Below, in pieces: positions 47,559-55,845 of a stretch of 64,000 nt of DNA; position 1 is the first letter of the stretch, and each line of letters begins with the position of its first letter. Position numbers and translations under genes: made by a program. The notes beneath the pieces are model-generated. The model made no database searches. It was not told where the DNA came from and saw only the letters and a list, made by a program, of their open reading frames with translations. The DNA comes from Alphaproteobacteria bacterium (GTDB lineage: Bacteria > Pseudomonadota > Alphaproteobacteria > UBA828): assembly GCA_963667785.2 (NCBI GenBank), contig CAXXMU010000002.1, positions 480,001-544,000 on the forward strand. Reading direction: 5' to 3'.

Positions 47559-48941
47559 TCAGAGAGACTTGACGATCTCCTCGACCATCTTCTTGGCGTC
47601 GCCGAAGAGCATCATCGTGTTGTCCCGGTAGAACACCGGATTGTCGATGCCGGCATAGCCCGGCGCCAGCGAGCGCTTCACGAACAGCACTGTCTTGCAG
47701 AGCTCCACGTCGAGGATCGGCATGCCGGCGATCGGGCTCTGGGGATCGGTCTTCGCCACCGGATTGACCACGTCGTTGGCGCCGATCACGAAGGCGACGT
47801 CGGTGTTGGGCATGTCGCTGTTGATGTCCTCCAGCTCGTAGACCTCGTCGTAGGGAACGTTGGCCTCGGCCAGCAGCACGTTCATGTGGCCCGGCATGCG
47901 GCCGGCCACCGGGTGGATGGCGTAGCGGATCTCGACCCCCTCCTTGTGGAGCAGGTCGGCCATCTCGCGCACGGCGTGCTGGGCTTGGGCCACGGCGAGG
48001 CCGTAGCCCGGCACGATCACCACCGAGCCGGCGTTCCGCATGATGAAGGCGGCGTCGTCGGCGCTGCCCGACTTGTGGGTACGGTCGGCGGCGGTGGCGG
48101 GCCGCGAGGAATCGGTGCCGAAGCCGCCGAGGATCACGCTGATGAAGGAGCGGTTCATCGCGCGGCACATGATGTAGCTCAGGATCGCACCGGCCGAACC
48201 CACCAGCGCGCCGACCACGATGAGCACCGTGTTCTCCAGGGTGAAGCCGATCCCCGCCGCCGCCCAGCCGGAATAGGAGTTCAGCATCGAGATCACCACC
48301 GGCATGTCGGCGCCGCCGATGGGGACGATCAGCAGCACGCCGAAGAGCAGCGCGAGCCCCGTCATGGCCCAGAAGACGCTCTCCTGCTGGTCGATCGAGA
48401 AGACCACCCCGAGCGCGACGATGGCGACGATGAGGGCGAGGTTGAGAAGGTGCTGGCCGCGGAAGACCAGCGGCGCGCCGGTCACCAGCTCCTGCAGCTT
48501 GGCGAAGGCGACGACCGAGCCGGTGAAGGTCAGCGCGCCGATGACCACGCCGAAGCTCATCTCGATCCGGCTCACCAGCCTGATGTCGCCGGGCGTGCCG
48601 ATGTGGAAGGTCTCCGGCGCGTAGAGTGCGGCGCCGGCCACTAGCACCGCGGCGAGCCCCACGAGGCTGTGGAAGGCGGCCACGAGCTGCGGCATCGCGG
48701 TCATGCGGATGCGGAGCGCGATCAGCGTGCCGATCAGCCCGCCGACGACGATGCCGACGCCAATCCACAGGTAGTCCTCGACCCCCGGCTGGCCGAGGGT
48801 CGTGCCGATGGCGATCACCATGCCGGCGATGCCGAACAGGTTGCCGCTGCGCGCCGTCTTCGGCGAGGAGAGGCCCCTGAGGGCCATGATGAAGCAGACG
48901 CCGGCGATGAGGTAGAGAATCGCCGCCAGGTTCGAGGTCAT
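47559..48941 (-). CDS. pntB: NAD(P) transhydrogenase beta subunit
   Basis: MTAMPQLVAAFHS, IGGADMPVVISMLNSYSG, PGYG, HPVAGRMPGHMNVLLAEA. Confidence 0.96.
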   Translation of the reverse strand: MTSNLAAILYLIAGVCFIMALRGLSSPKTARSGNLFGIAGMVIAIGTTLGQPGVEDYLWIGVGIVVGGLIGTLIALRIRMTAMPQLVAAFHSLVGLAAVLVAGAALYAPETFHIGTPGDIRLVSRIEMSFGVVIGALTFTGSVVAFAKLQELVTGAPLVFRGQHLLNLALIVAIVALGVVFSIDQQESVFWAMTGLALLFGVLLIVPIGGADMPVVISMLNSYSGWAAAGIGFTLENTVLIVVGALVGSAGAILSYIMCRAMNRSFISVILGGFGTDSSRPATAADRTHKSGSADDAAFIMRNAGSVVIVPGYGLAVAQAQHAVREMADLLHKEGVEIRYAIHPVAGRMPGHMNVLLAEANVPYDEVYELEDINSDMPNTDVAFVIGANDVVNPVAKTDPQSPIAGMPILDVELCKTVLFVKRSLAPGYAGIDNPVFYRDNTMMLFGDAKKMVEEIVKSL

Positions 48942-48953
48942 CGGGACTGCCGC

Positions 48954-49256
48954 CTATTTCTTCTTCTTGAACATCGACAGCATGCGCTGCGTAACCGTGA
49001 ATCCTCCGAATATGTTGACCGCCGCAAGGCCGACGGCGACACCGCCGAAAATCTTGGCCACGACGCTGCCCTCGGCCGGCGTCGCCGCCAGCAGGGCGCC
49101 GACGATGATGACGCTCGAGATGGCGTTGGTCACCGACATCAACGGCGTGTGCAGCGCGGGCGTGACGCTCCACACCACGTAGTAGCCGATGAACACCGCC
49201 AGCACGAAGACCGTCACCGCGATGACCAGGGGATGCAGCTCGAGCACGTGCTCCAC
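48954..49256 (-). CDS. pntAB: NAD(P) transhydrogenase alpha-2 (membrane) subunit
   Basis: [30 protein letters not shown]. Confidence 0.94.
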   Translation of the reverse strand: MEHVLELHPLVIAVTVFVLAVFIGYYVVWSVTPALHTPLMSVTNAISSVIIVGALLAATPAEGSVVAKIFGGVAVGLAAVNIFGGFTVTQRMLSMFKKKK

Positions 49257-49258
49257 GG

Positions 49259-50410
49259 CTACATCTCCCCGCCCTGCAGCGCCAGGTTCACGACCGCGCC
49301 ATCCCTGGTCAGCAGGGCTCCCCGGATCACCTCGTCCTCCCAGTCGATCTCGAGGCCGCGGCTTTCCCGGTCGATCATGGGCTCGATGAAGTTGAAGAGG
49401 TTGCGCGCGTAGAGCGTGCTGGTATCGACCGGAACCCGCGCCGGATAGTTGGCGTGTGCGACGATGGTGACGCCGTGGCGAACGACCACGCGGTCGTGGG
49501 CGCTGAGCGCGCAGTTGCCGCCGCTTTCGATCGCCAGATCGACGATCACCGAGCCGGGCTTCATCTCTCTCACCGTCTCCTCGGTGATCAGCACCGGTGC
49601 CGGCTTGCCCGGAATCTGGGCGGTGGTGATGCAGATGTCCTGCTTCGCCAGGGTCTCGTGGATGAGCGCGGCCTGTCGCGCCTTGTAGGCATCGTCCATC
49701 TCGCGGGCATAGCCGCCTGCGGTCTCGGCATCGCCCGCGTCGGCATCCACGGAGACGAACTTGGCGCCGAGGCTCTCGACCTGCTCCTTGACCGCGGGCC
49801 GCACGTCGAAGGCAGACACCAGCGCACCCAGGCGGCGTGCGGTGGCGATCGCCTGCAGCCCGGCGACGCCCGCGCCCAGCACGACGACCCGCGCCGGGGC
49901 CACGGTGCCGGCGGCGGTCATCATCATGGGCAGGATGCGGCCGAAGTGCTCGGCGGCGTCGATCACCGCCTTGTAGCCGGCGATGTTGCTCTGCGACGAC
50001 AGCGCATCCATCGATTGTGCGCGGCTGATGCGCGGAATCAGCTCCATGGCGAACGAGGTGATGCCGCGCGCCGCGTAGCTCTCCACCTGCTCGCGCTGCT
50101 GCAGCGGCGCGAGCAGCCCCACCAGCACCGCCTCGGGATTGACGAGGGAGAGCTCGTCGGCAGCGTTGCCGTCGCAGAGCGGCGCGCGGACCTTCGCCAC
50201 CAGGTCGGCCTCGCCGTATACCGTCGACGCATCGGGGACGATCCGGGCGCCGGCCTCCGCCAGCACCTCGTCCGACATCTGCGCGCCGACGCCGGCGCCG
50301 CTCTCGACCATCATCTCGACGCCGAGAGTGGTGAACTTCTTAATGGAATCCGGGGACGCGGCGATCCGGGTCTCGCCCGGCACGATCTCCTTCGGAACCC
50401 CGATCCTCAT
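49259..50410 (-). CDS. pntAA: NAD(P) transhydrogenase alpha-1 (NAD-binding) subunit
   Basis: [47 protein letters not shown]. Confidence 0.94.
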   Translation of the reverse strand: MRIGVPKEIVPGETRIAASPDSIKKFTTLGVEMMVESGAGVGAQMSDEVLAEAGARIVPDASTVYGEADLVAKVRAPLCDGNAADELSLVNPEAVLVGLLAPLQQREQVESYAARGITSFAMELIPRISRAQSMDALSSQSNIAGYKAVIDAAEHFGRILPMMMTAAGTVAPARVVVLGAGVAGLQAIATARRLGALVSAFDVRPAVKEQVESLGAKFVSVDADAGDAETAGGYAREMDDAYKARQAALIHETLAKQDICITTAQIPGKPAPVLITEETVREMKPGSVIVDLAIESGGNCALSAHDRVVVRHGVTIVAHANYPARVPVDTSTLYARNLFNFIEPMIDRESRGLEIDWEDEVIRGALLTRDGAVVNLALQGGEM

Positions 50411-50543
50411 GCCTGCACCGACGACTCCGCCTGCCAGGGAGCGGCAGCACAATGCCCCGCCCGATGCCGTTTGCCAAGGCCCGGTTCGACTGTCTTCACG
50501 GAGGGGCGGGGGGAAGGCGGAAAACCCGCGGCGGCGCTGCGCG

Positions 50544-51890
50544 TCAGGCGGCTTCGGGCACGCCGCAACGCTCCAGCGCTGCGCCCTGACGGCGGGCCAG
50601 TCGGACGGCGTCGAACTCCTCGATCAGCGCCTCGACCAGCCGGTGCCAGTTGAGCTCCGCCTTCAGGTGGAGGAAGACCGAGCCGAGGCCGATCGCCGAG
50701 CGATCCATCAGCACGAACTCGCGCGGCGGGGTGACGCCGCCGAGCCGCCGTATCTCCCGGTGCACCTTGGCGGCGACCGCGCCCCCGAAGCGCCCGCTGC
50801 CCGATTCGTCGATGAGCCGGGTGCGGTCGTCGACCAGGGGCCCGTAGATGTAGTTCGCCCAGATGTTGAGCGCGTCGACCATCTCGTTCGAGAGATCGCT
50901 GAATCCCCAGGTCTCGTAGGCGTGCACCGCGAGCTCGCGATCGTCGTCCCGCACCGCGTGGTAGAGGTCGATCACGCCCTGCACGAAAGGGCCTCCGAAC
51001 ACGCGGATGCAGCCATAGTCGAGGAGGTTGACCGCGCCGTCGGGGCGCACCGTGTAGTTGCCAAGGTGGGGGTCGCCGTGGAGCACGCCGTAGCGGTAAA
51101 ATGGCACGTACCAGGCGTTGAACATGTGCAGCGCGATCGCGTTGCGCCGCTCGGCCGGGGCGTCGGTAAACTCGAGCAGCGGGGCGCCGCCGAGCCAGCT
51201 CATGGTGAGCAGCCGCTTCGTGGAAAGCCCCGGCTCCACCACCGGCACGTGAACGCCGGGCTCGTCCTCCAGCATCGCGCCATAGAGAGCCATGTGGCGG
51301 GCCTCGCGCTCGTAGTCCAGCTCCTCGCGCAGCCGGGCCGCGATTTCGGCGTGAATCTCGGCGGTGTCGATCGCCCGGTCGTAGCGGAAATAGACGGCGA
51401 AGATCAGCTTGAGCTGGCGGATGTCGGCCGCCACCGCCGACGCCATGTCGGGATACTGCAGCTTGCAGGCGAGCGCCGCGCCGTCGTGCCCGGCCGCGCG
51501 GTGTACCTGGCCGAGAGAAGCCGCCGCCGCCGCCTCGGTCTCGAACTCGGCGAAGGCCTGTCGCCAGTCCGGGCCGAGCTCGGCCGCCATGCGCCGCTTG
51601 ACGAAGCCCCAGCCCATCGCCGGCGCCCGCGACTGCAGCGCGCCGAGTGCCTCGGCATACTCGTCCGGAAGGCCGCCGGGAACGGTCGCGAGCAGTTGCG
51701 CGACCTTCATCAGCGGTCCCTTGAGGCCGCCCAGTGCGCGCCGCAGCTCCTCGGCGTTCCGCTCCCGGTCGGCGGGCAGCCCCAGATAGCGCTGGCCCGC
51801 CATACGGGCGGCGATGCCGCCCACCGAGGTGCCGACCCGCGCGTAGCGGCGCACGCGCCCGCTCAGCCTGTCGTCCTCCCGTTCCGGCAT
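50544..51890 (-). CDS. AarF/ABC1/UbiB atypical kinase
   Basis: LKG..MKVAQ, AAASLGQVH, ACKLQYP, ELDY..EA, HGDPH.GN, LLDYGC. Confidence 0.9.
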   Translation of the reverse strand: MPEREDDRLSGRVRRYARVGTSVGGIAARMAGQRYLGLPADRERNAEELRRALGGLKGPLMKVAQLLATVPGGLPDEYAEALGALQSRAPAMGWGFVKRRMAAELGPDWRQAFAEFETEAAAAASLGQVHRAAGHDGAALACKLQYPDMASAVAADIRQLKLIFAVYFRYDRAIDTAEIHAEIAARLREELDYEREARHMALYGAMLEDEPGVHVPVVEPGLSTKRLLTMSWLGGAPLLEFTDAPAERRNAIALHMFNAWYVPFYRYGVLHGDPHLGNYTVRPDGAVNLLDYGCIRVFGGPFVQGVIDLYHAVRDDDRELAVHAYETWGFSDLSNEMVDALNIWANYIYGPLVDDRTRLIDESGSGRFGGAVAAKVHREIRRLGGVTPPREFVLMDRSAIGLGSVFLHLKAELNWHRLVEALIEEFDAVRLARRQGAALERCGVPEAA

Positions 51891-52176
51891 GATCGGCGTC
51901 CCGGTGCCTCACCCTTGCGTCCTCGGGCGGCGTCCCGCAACGCCGTCCCGACGCGCGCCATGATAACACGGCGGTAAGGGTCTCTATTCGCGTGGTTTTC
52001 AGTCGTTGCGGCGGCGCAAGTCGGCGGATCAAGAGCGATCACATTCTTGCGATGTCGGTCGTTCGCCCCTTCCCGCCGTTCCATGCATGGCCCATCATTC
52101 CGGCAGGTTGCATGCGAGACGCCTGCACGGGCGGTCGCATGCGGCCGCAAGCAAAACCAACGAGGAGAGGCTACCG

Positions 52177-52380
52177 ATGATCAAAGAGACCGTGATTGCC
52201 GTCAGCGTCGTGACCATGGCGGCGGGCGCCGCGCTTGCACCCTCCGCCGTCTCGGCCGCCGACCAGCCGATTGTCGTCGCATCGTGTAATCCCTGCGATC
52301 CGTGCGGCGCTTGCAATCCCTGCGATCCGTGCGGCGGTTGCAATCCCTGCGACCCCTGCAATCCGTGCGCCAGCGGCTGA
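52177..52380 (+). CDS. Secreted cysteine-rich peptide with (Cxx)10 repeat
   Basis: RBS GAGGAGAGG; [27 protein letters not shown] signal, then [40 protein letters not shown]; followed by its own terminator. Confidence 0.8.
   Translation: MIKETVIAVSVVTMAAGAALAPSAVSAADQPIVVASCNPCDPCGACNPCDPCGGCNPCDPCNPCASG
52285..52368 (+). repeat. 27-bp in-frame tandem repeat (about 3 copies) built from 9-bp TGYnnnnnn units
   Basis: TGTAATCCCTGCGATCCGTGCGGCGCT / TGCAATCCCTGCGATCCGTGCGGCGGT / TGCAATCCCTGCGACCCCTGCAATCCG / TGC. Confidence 0.9.
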
Positions 52381-52403
52381 GCGGCTGACGCGTTATCTGA
52401 GGA

Positions 52404-52435
52404 GGACGCCGTCCCGATGGGGCGGCGTTCTTTTT
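52404..52435 (+). terminator. Intrinsic terminator after the Cys-rich peptide gene
   Basis: GGACGCCGTCCC-GAT-GGGGCGGCGTTC-TTTTT. Confidence 0.8.
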
Positions 52436-52535
52436 CGTGCCGGACGCAGGTCGCGCCTGCCCGCCGGTGGACGCGGCAGGGCCGGTTGTGTAGGGATTGA
52501 GAGGGCCCCGGCCGGTGCAGGAGCGAGCGACGCGA

Positions 52536-53549
52536 ATGCTGGACAAGTTCGAACGCTATCCGCTGACCTTCGGCCCGACTCCCATCGAGAAGCTGAGCCG
52601 GCTGTCCGAGCATCTCGGCGGCGCAGTCGAGCTCTACGCCAAGCGCGAGGACTGCAATTCGGGCCTCGCCTTCGGCGGCAACAAGGTACGCAAGCTCGAA
52701 TACATCGTTCCGGACGCCATCGCGTCGAACGCCGATACGCTCGTCACCATCGGCGGAGTCCAGTCGAACCATACGCGGCAGGTCGCTGCGGTCGCTGCCA
52801 AGCTCGGCATGAGGTGCCGCTTGGTGCAGGAAAGCTGGGTGCCGTTCGAGGACGCCGTCTACGACCGCGTCGGCAACATCCTGATGAGCCGCGTCATGGG
52901 GGCGGAGATCGAGCTGGTGGACGAAGGCTTCGACATCGGCATCAGGGAGAGCTGGGAACGGGCGATCGAGGACGTGAAGGCGCGGGGCGGGAAGCCCTAC
53001 GCCATCCCGGCCGGCGCCTCGGTCCACAAGTTGGGTGGGCTCGGCTACGTCGGCTTCGCCGAGGAGGTGCGGGCGCAGGAGGAGGCGCTCGGCTTCAGGT
53101 TCGACTACGTCATCGTCTGCACCGTCACCGGCTCGACCCATGCCGGCATGCTCGTCGGCTTCGCCAAGGACGGGCGCGCCGCGCGGGTGGTCGGGATCGA
53201 CGCCTCCGGCACGCCGGCCCAGACGCGCGCCCAGGTCATGGAGATCGCCCGCAACACGGCGGAGCTCGTGGCGCTCGGCCGCGAGATCGCGGACGACGAT
53301 CTCGTGCTGCTCGAGGACTATGCCTATCCCGCCTACGGCGTGCCGTCTGCCGAGACCAACGACGCGATCCGCCTCGCGGCCCGCACGGAAGGGATGATGA
53401 CCGATCCCGTCTACGAGGGGAAATCCATGCAGGGGATGATCGACCTGGTACGGAAGGGCTACTTCCCGTCGGGCTCCAGGGTGCTCTACGCCCATCTCGG
53501 CGGCGTGCCGGCCATCAACGGCTACAGCTACGTCTATCGCAACGGCTAG
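52536..53549 (+). CDS. acdS: 1-aminocyclopropane-1-carboxylate deaminase
   Basis: [53 protein letters not shown] (Glu) and HLGG (Leu), the residues that separate ACC deaminase from D-cysteine desulfhydrase. Confidence 0.93.
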   Translation: MLDKFERYPLTFGPTPIEKLSRLSEHLGGAVELYAKREDCNSGLAFGGNKVRKLEYIVPDAIASNADTLVTIGGVQSNHTRQVAAVAAKLGMRCRLVQESWVPFEDAVYDRVGNILMSRVMGAEIELVDEGFDIGIRESWERAIEDVKARGGKPYAIPAGASVHKLGGLGYVGFAEEVRAQEEALGFRFDYVIVCTVTGSTHAGMLVGFAKDGRAARVVGIDASGTPAQTRAQVMEIARNTAELVALGREIADDDLVLLEDYAYPAYGVPSAETNDAIRLAARTEGMMTDPVYEGKSMQGMIDLVRKGYFPSGSRVLYAHLGGVPAINGYSYVYRNG

Positions 53550-53603
53550 CGGCGGCGGATACGCTCGCCGCCCGGCCCGATTCATCCGATTCAGGAGGGT
53601 GTC

Positions 53604-54425
53604 ATGGCCGCTCAACGCATCGGTGCCTACGTCGAGGTCGCGCCCGGCGTCGACATCTACTACGAGGACGAGGGCGAGGGGAGCGCGCTGGTCCTCATTC
53701 CCGGCTGGACCTTCACCACCAGGGTCTTCGACCATCAGTTCGCCGCGTTCGCGAGCGAGTATCGGGTGATCTCCTTCGACCCCCGCAGCCACGGCCGCTC
53801 GACGGTGACCAGTGATGGCAACAACTACGCCACCCAGGCGGCCGATCTCGCGGCGCTGCTGGAGCATCTGTCGGTCGAAAACCCGGTCCTCCTGGGCTGG
53901 TCGGCGGGGTCGCTGACGGCGTGGCACCACGTCCGCAACCGGGGGACCGAGGGGATCCGGGGCCTGGTCTCCGTCGACATGCCGCCGCTCGGCATGAGCT
54001 ATGACCGGGACGACTGGGTCGAGGGGGCGATCCCCGATCTCGCCGGGTTCTTCCAGGGGGTCCAGACCGCCCAGGGCCAGCGCGGCGTCGTCACCTGGTA
54101 CGCCGACAACGTCATGATCGAAGGCGAGATGACGCCGGAGGTGACCGCGTGGGTGGTGGAGCAGTCGCTGGCTACGCCGCCGATCGTCGCCGCCAATCTC
54201 ATCGCCGACGTGTGCTTCGCCAACTATCTCGACGAGGCGAAGCAGGTGGATGCGGCGATCCCCTCCCTCTACTACGTCGCCGACCACTGGGCCGCGACGG
54301 CCAAGCCGTTCCTGGCAAAGCATTGCCCGAACGCGCGTGTCGAGGCGTTCGGCGGCCACATGATGTTCTGGGAGTATCCCGAGCGGTTCAACGCGACGTT
54401 GGCGGAGTTCCTGTCTGCCCTCTGA
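53604..54425 (+). CDS. Alpha/beta hydrolase (non-heme haloperoxidase/arylesterase-like)
   Basis: IPGW, DPRSHGRS, GWSAG nucleophile, GGHMMFWE.P..FN; RBS AGGAGG. Confidence 0.85.
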   Translation: MAAQRIGAYVEVAPGVDIYYEDEGEGSALVLIPGWTFTTRVFDHQFAAFASEYRVISFDPRSHGRSTVTSDGNNYATQAADLAALLEHLSVENPVLLGWSAGSLTAWHHVRNRGTEGIRGLVSVDMPPLGMSYDRDDWVEGAIPDLAGFFQGVQTAQGQRGVVTWYADNVMIEGEMTPEVTAWVVEQSLATPPIVAANLIADVCFANYLDEAKQVDAAIPSLYYVADHWAATAKPFLAKHCPNARVEAFGGHMMFWEYPERFNATLAEFLSAL

Positions 54426-54436
54426 CCCGGTCTTGA

Positions 54437-54868
54437 CTAGCTCTCGGCGATTGTGACGTTCCCGATCCAGCGCTGGCTGCGGCGCGCGAGGCGTCCGGGC
54501 ACGTCCTCCGCCTCGTAGTCGGCGACGGGCACGCTCGCCCGGTCCACGTCGAGCGGCGGGGAGAGCAGGTTCGCGTTCATGACGGCGTAGAGGCGGCCTT
54601 CGATCTCGCTCGTGGCGCAGGCCACCACGCCGCAGCGGCCGCAGACGAGAAAGGTCGCCGTCTCGTGGCCGAAGGCATAGCGGCTGACACGCTTGGGCTC
54701 GGCAAGCGTGACCGCAAGGCGCGCGCCCGGCGCGGAGACATAGAGGCTGCCGTGCTTCTGGCAGAAGCTGCAGCCGCAATGACGCGGCGAGAGGCCGCCG
54801 GCGTCGTCCACCTCGAGAGCGACGCCGATCGCGCCGCAGTGGCAGGCGCCATGCAGGGTATCGGCCAC
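54437..54868 (-). CDS. GFA/CENP-V family aldehyde-activating protein
   Basis: GACHCGAI, C.CSFCQKHG, C..CG; GTG start at 54868. Confidence 0.8.
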   Translation of the reverse strand: MADTLHGACHCGAIGVALEVDDAGGLSPRHCGCSFCQKHGSLYVSAPGARLAVTLAEPKRVSRYAFGHETATFLVCGRCGVVACATSEIEGRLYAVMNANLLSPPLDVDRASVPVADYEAEDVPGRLARRSQRWIGNVTIAES

Positions 54869-54987
54869 TGGACATTCTCCCTCTTCGCGACGATGTATTC
54901 GCATGGGCGCGCAATGACTCTCAACCGACGATCGCGCAAGCCCGGCCGCAGCGCCAGACACCGACGGGACGAACCGAGGAGCCATCG

Positions 54988-55830
54988 ATGAGCAGCGACG
55001 AGACCCGGGCTGAGCCGACGCCCACCTACACCATGGGCTATGGGCCCGAGTTCCGAAAGATGCTGGAGCGCCGCAACGCGGCGGACTGCGCCGCGCACCT
55101 GCTGCCTCATCTCGAGCCCGGCATGCGCCTTCTCGACCTCGGCTGCGGCCCCGGCACGATTTCGGTGGGACTGGCGGATGCGGTGGCGCCCGGCGCGCTG
55201 CATGGCGTCGACATGGAAGAGACACAGATCGAGATGGCACGGGCGGCTGCCGCGGCCGGCGGGCACGGGAACGCGACGTTCCAGACCGGCGACGCGACCG
55301 ATCTTCCCTTCGACGACGCGAGCTTCGACGTGGCGTTTTGCCATGCGCTGCTCAACCATGCGCCCGACACGCAGGCCGTGCTCGCGGAGGTGAAGCGGGT
55401 GCTGAAGCCGGGCGGCCTCTTCGCCGCACGCGAGGTGTTCGGCGATTCGTCCTTCTTCGAGCCCGCGCGAGATATCGGCGGCATCAGCGGCGAGACCGTG
55501 TGGGCGACGTTCCTCAAGCTGCTCGCAGCCAATGGCGGCCACACACAGATGGGCAGGGAGCTGAAAGCCACCCTTGTCGAGGCCGGGTTCGTCGATATTC
55601 GTGCCTCCGCCTCCTTCGAAACCTACGACACGGCCGACGACCTGGCCTTTCTTCACGGCTTGATTACAGGCTGGTTCTTCGCCCCCCGGACGATGGAGGC
55701 CGCGATCGCACACGGCGTGGCGAGCGAGGCGCAGTTCGACGGCTGGCGCCGCTCGCTGGAGCAGTGGATGGACGAGCCCGGCGCCTTCGCCGGCTTCGCC
55801 TGGGGCGAGGCGGTCGGGCGGAAGCCGTAG
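54988..55830 (+). CDS. Class I SAM-dependent methyltransferase (UbiE-like)
   Basis: LLDLGCGPG.I, GDA..LPF.D.SFD, RVLKPGG; RBS GAGGAG. Confidence 0.88.
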   Translation: MSSDETRAEPTPTYTMGYGPEFRKMLERRNAADCAAHLLPHLEPGMRLLDLGCGPGTISVGLADAVAPGALHGVDMEETQIEMARAAAAAGGHGNATFQTGDATDLPFDDASFDVAFCHALLNHAPDTQAVLAEVKRVLKPGGLFAAREVFGDSSFFEPARDIGGISGETVWATFLKLLAANGGHTQMGRELKATLVEAGFVDIRASASFETYDTADDLAFLHGLITGWFFAPRTMEAAIAHGVASEAQFDGWRRSLEQWMDEPGAFAGFAWGEAVGRKP

Positions 55831-55845
55831 CGCCTCCTGTTGCGG

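Noticed and set aside
52285-52368. Tandem repeat as a mini CRISPR array
   Set aside because: The units are contiguous with no unique spacers, are a multiple of 3, lie in frame in a signal-peptide ORF, and there are no cas genes.
41501-52380. PIMT as RiPP maturase (aspartimide formation) for the Cys-rich peptide
   Set aside because: The genes are 10 kb apart with housekeeping genes between them, the peptide's Asp residues are all followed by Pro or Gln, and the PIMT lacks an obvious RiPP-type C-terminal extension.
52372-52500. Selenocysteine read-through of the Cys-rich peptide TGA (an 8-bp duplication AGCGGCTG-AGCGGCTG spans the stop)
   Set aside because: The TGA is out of the 3-residue Cys phase, the downstream hairpin is a typical U-tailed terminator about 24 nt away rather than a SECIS, and the read-through sequence looks non-coding.
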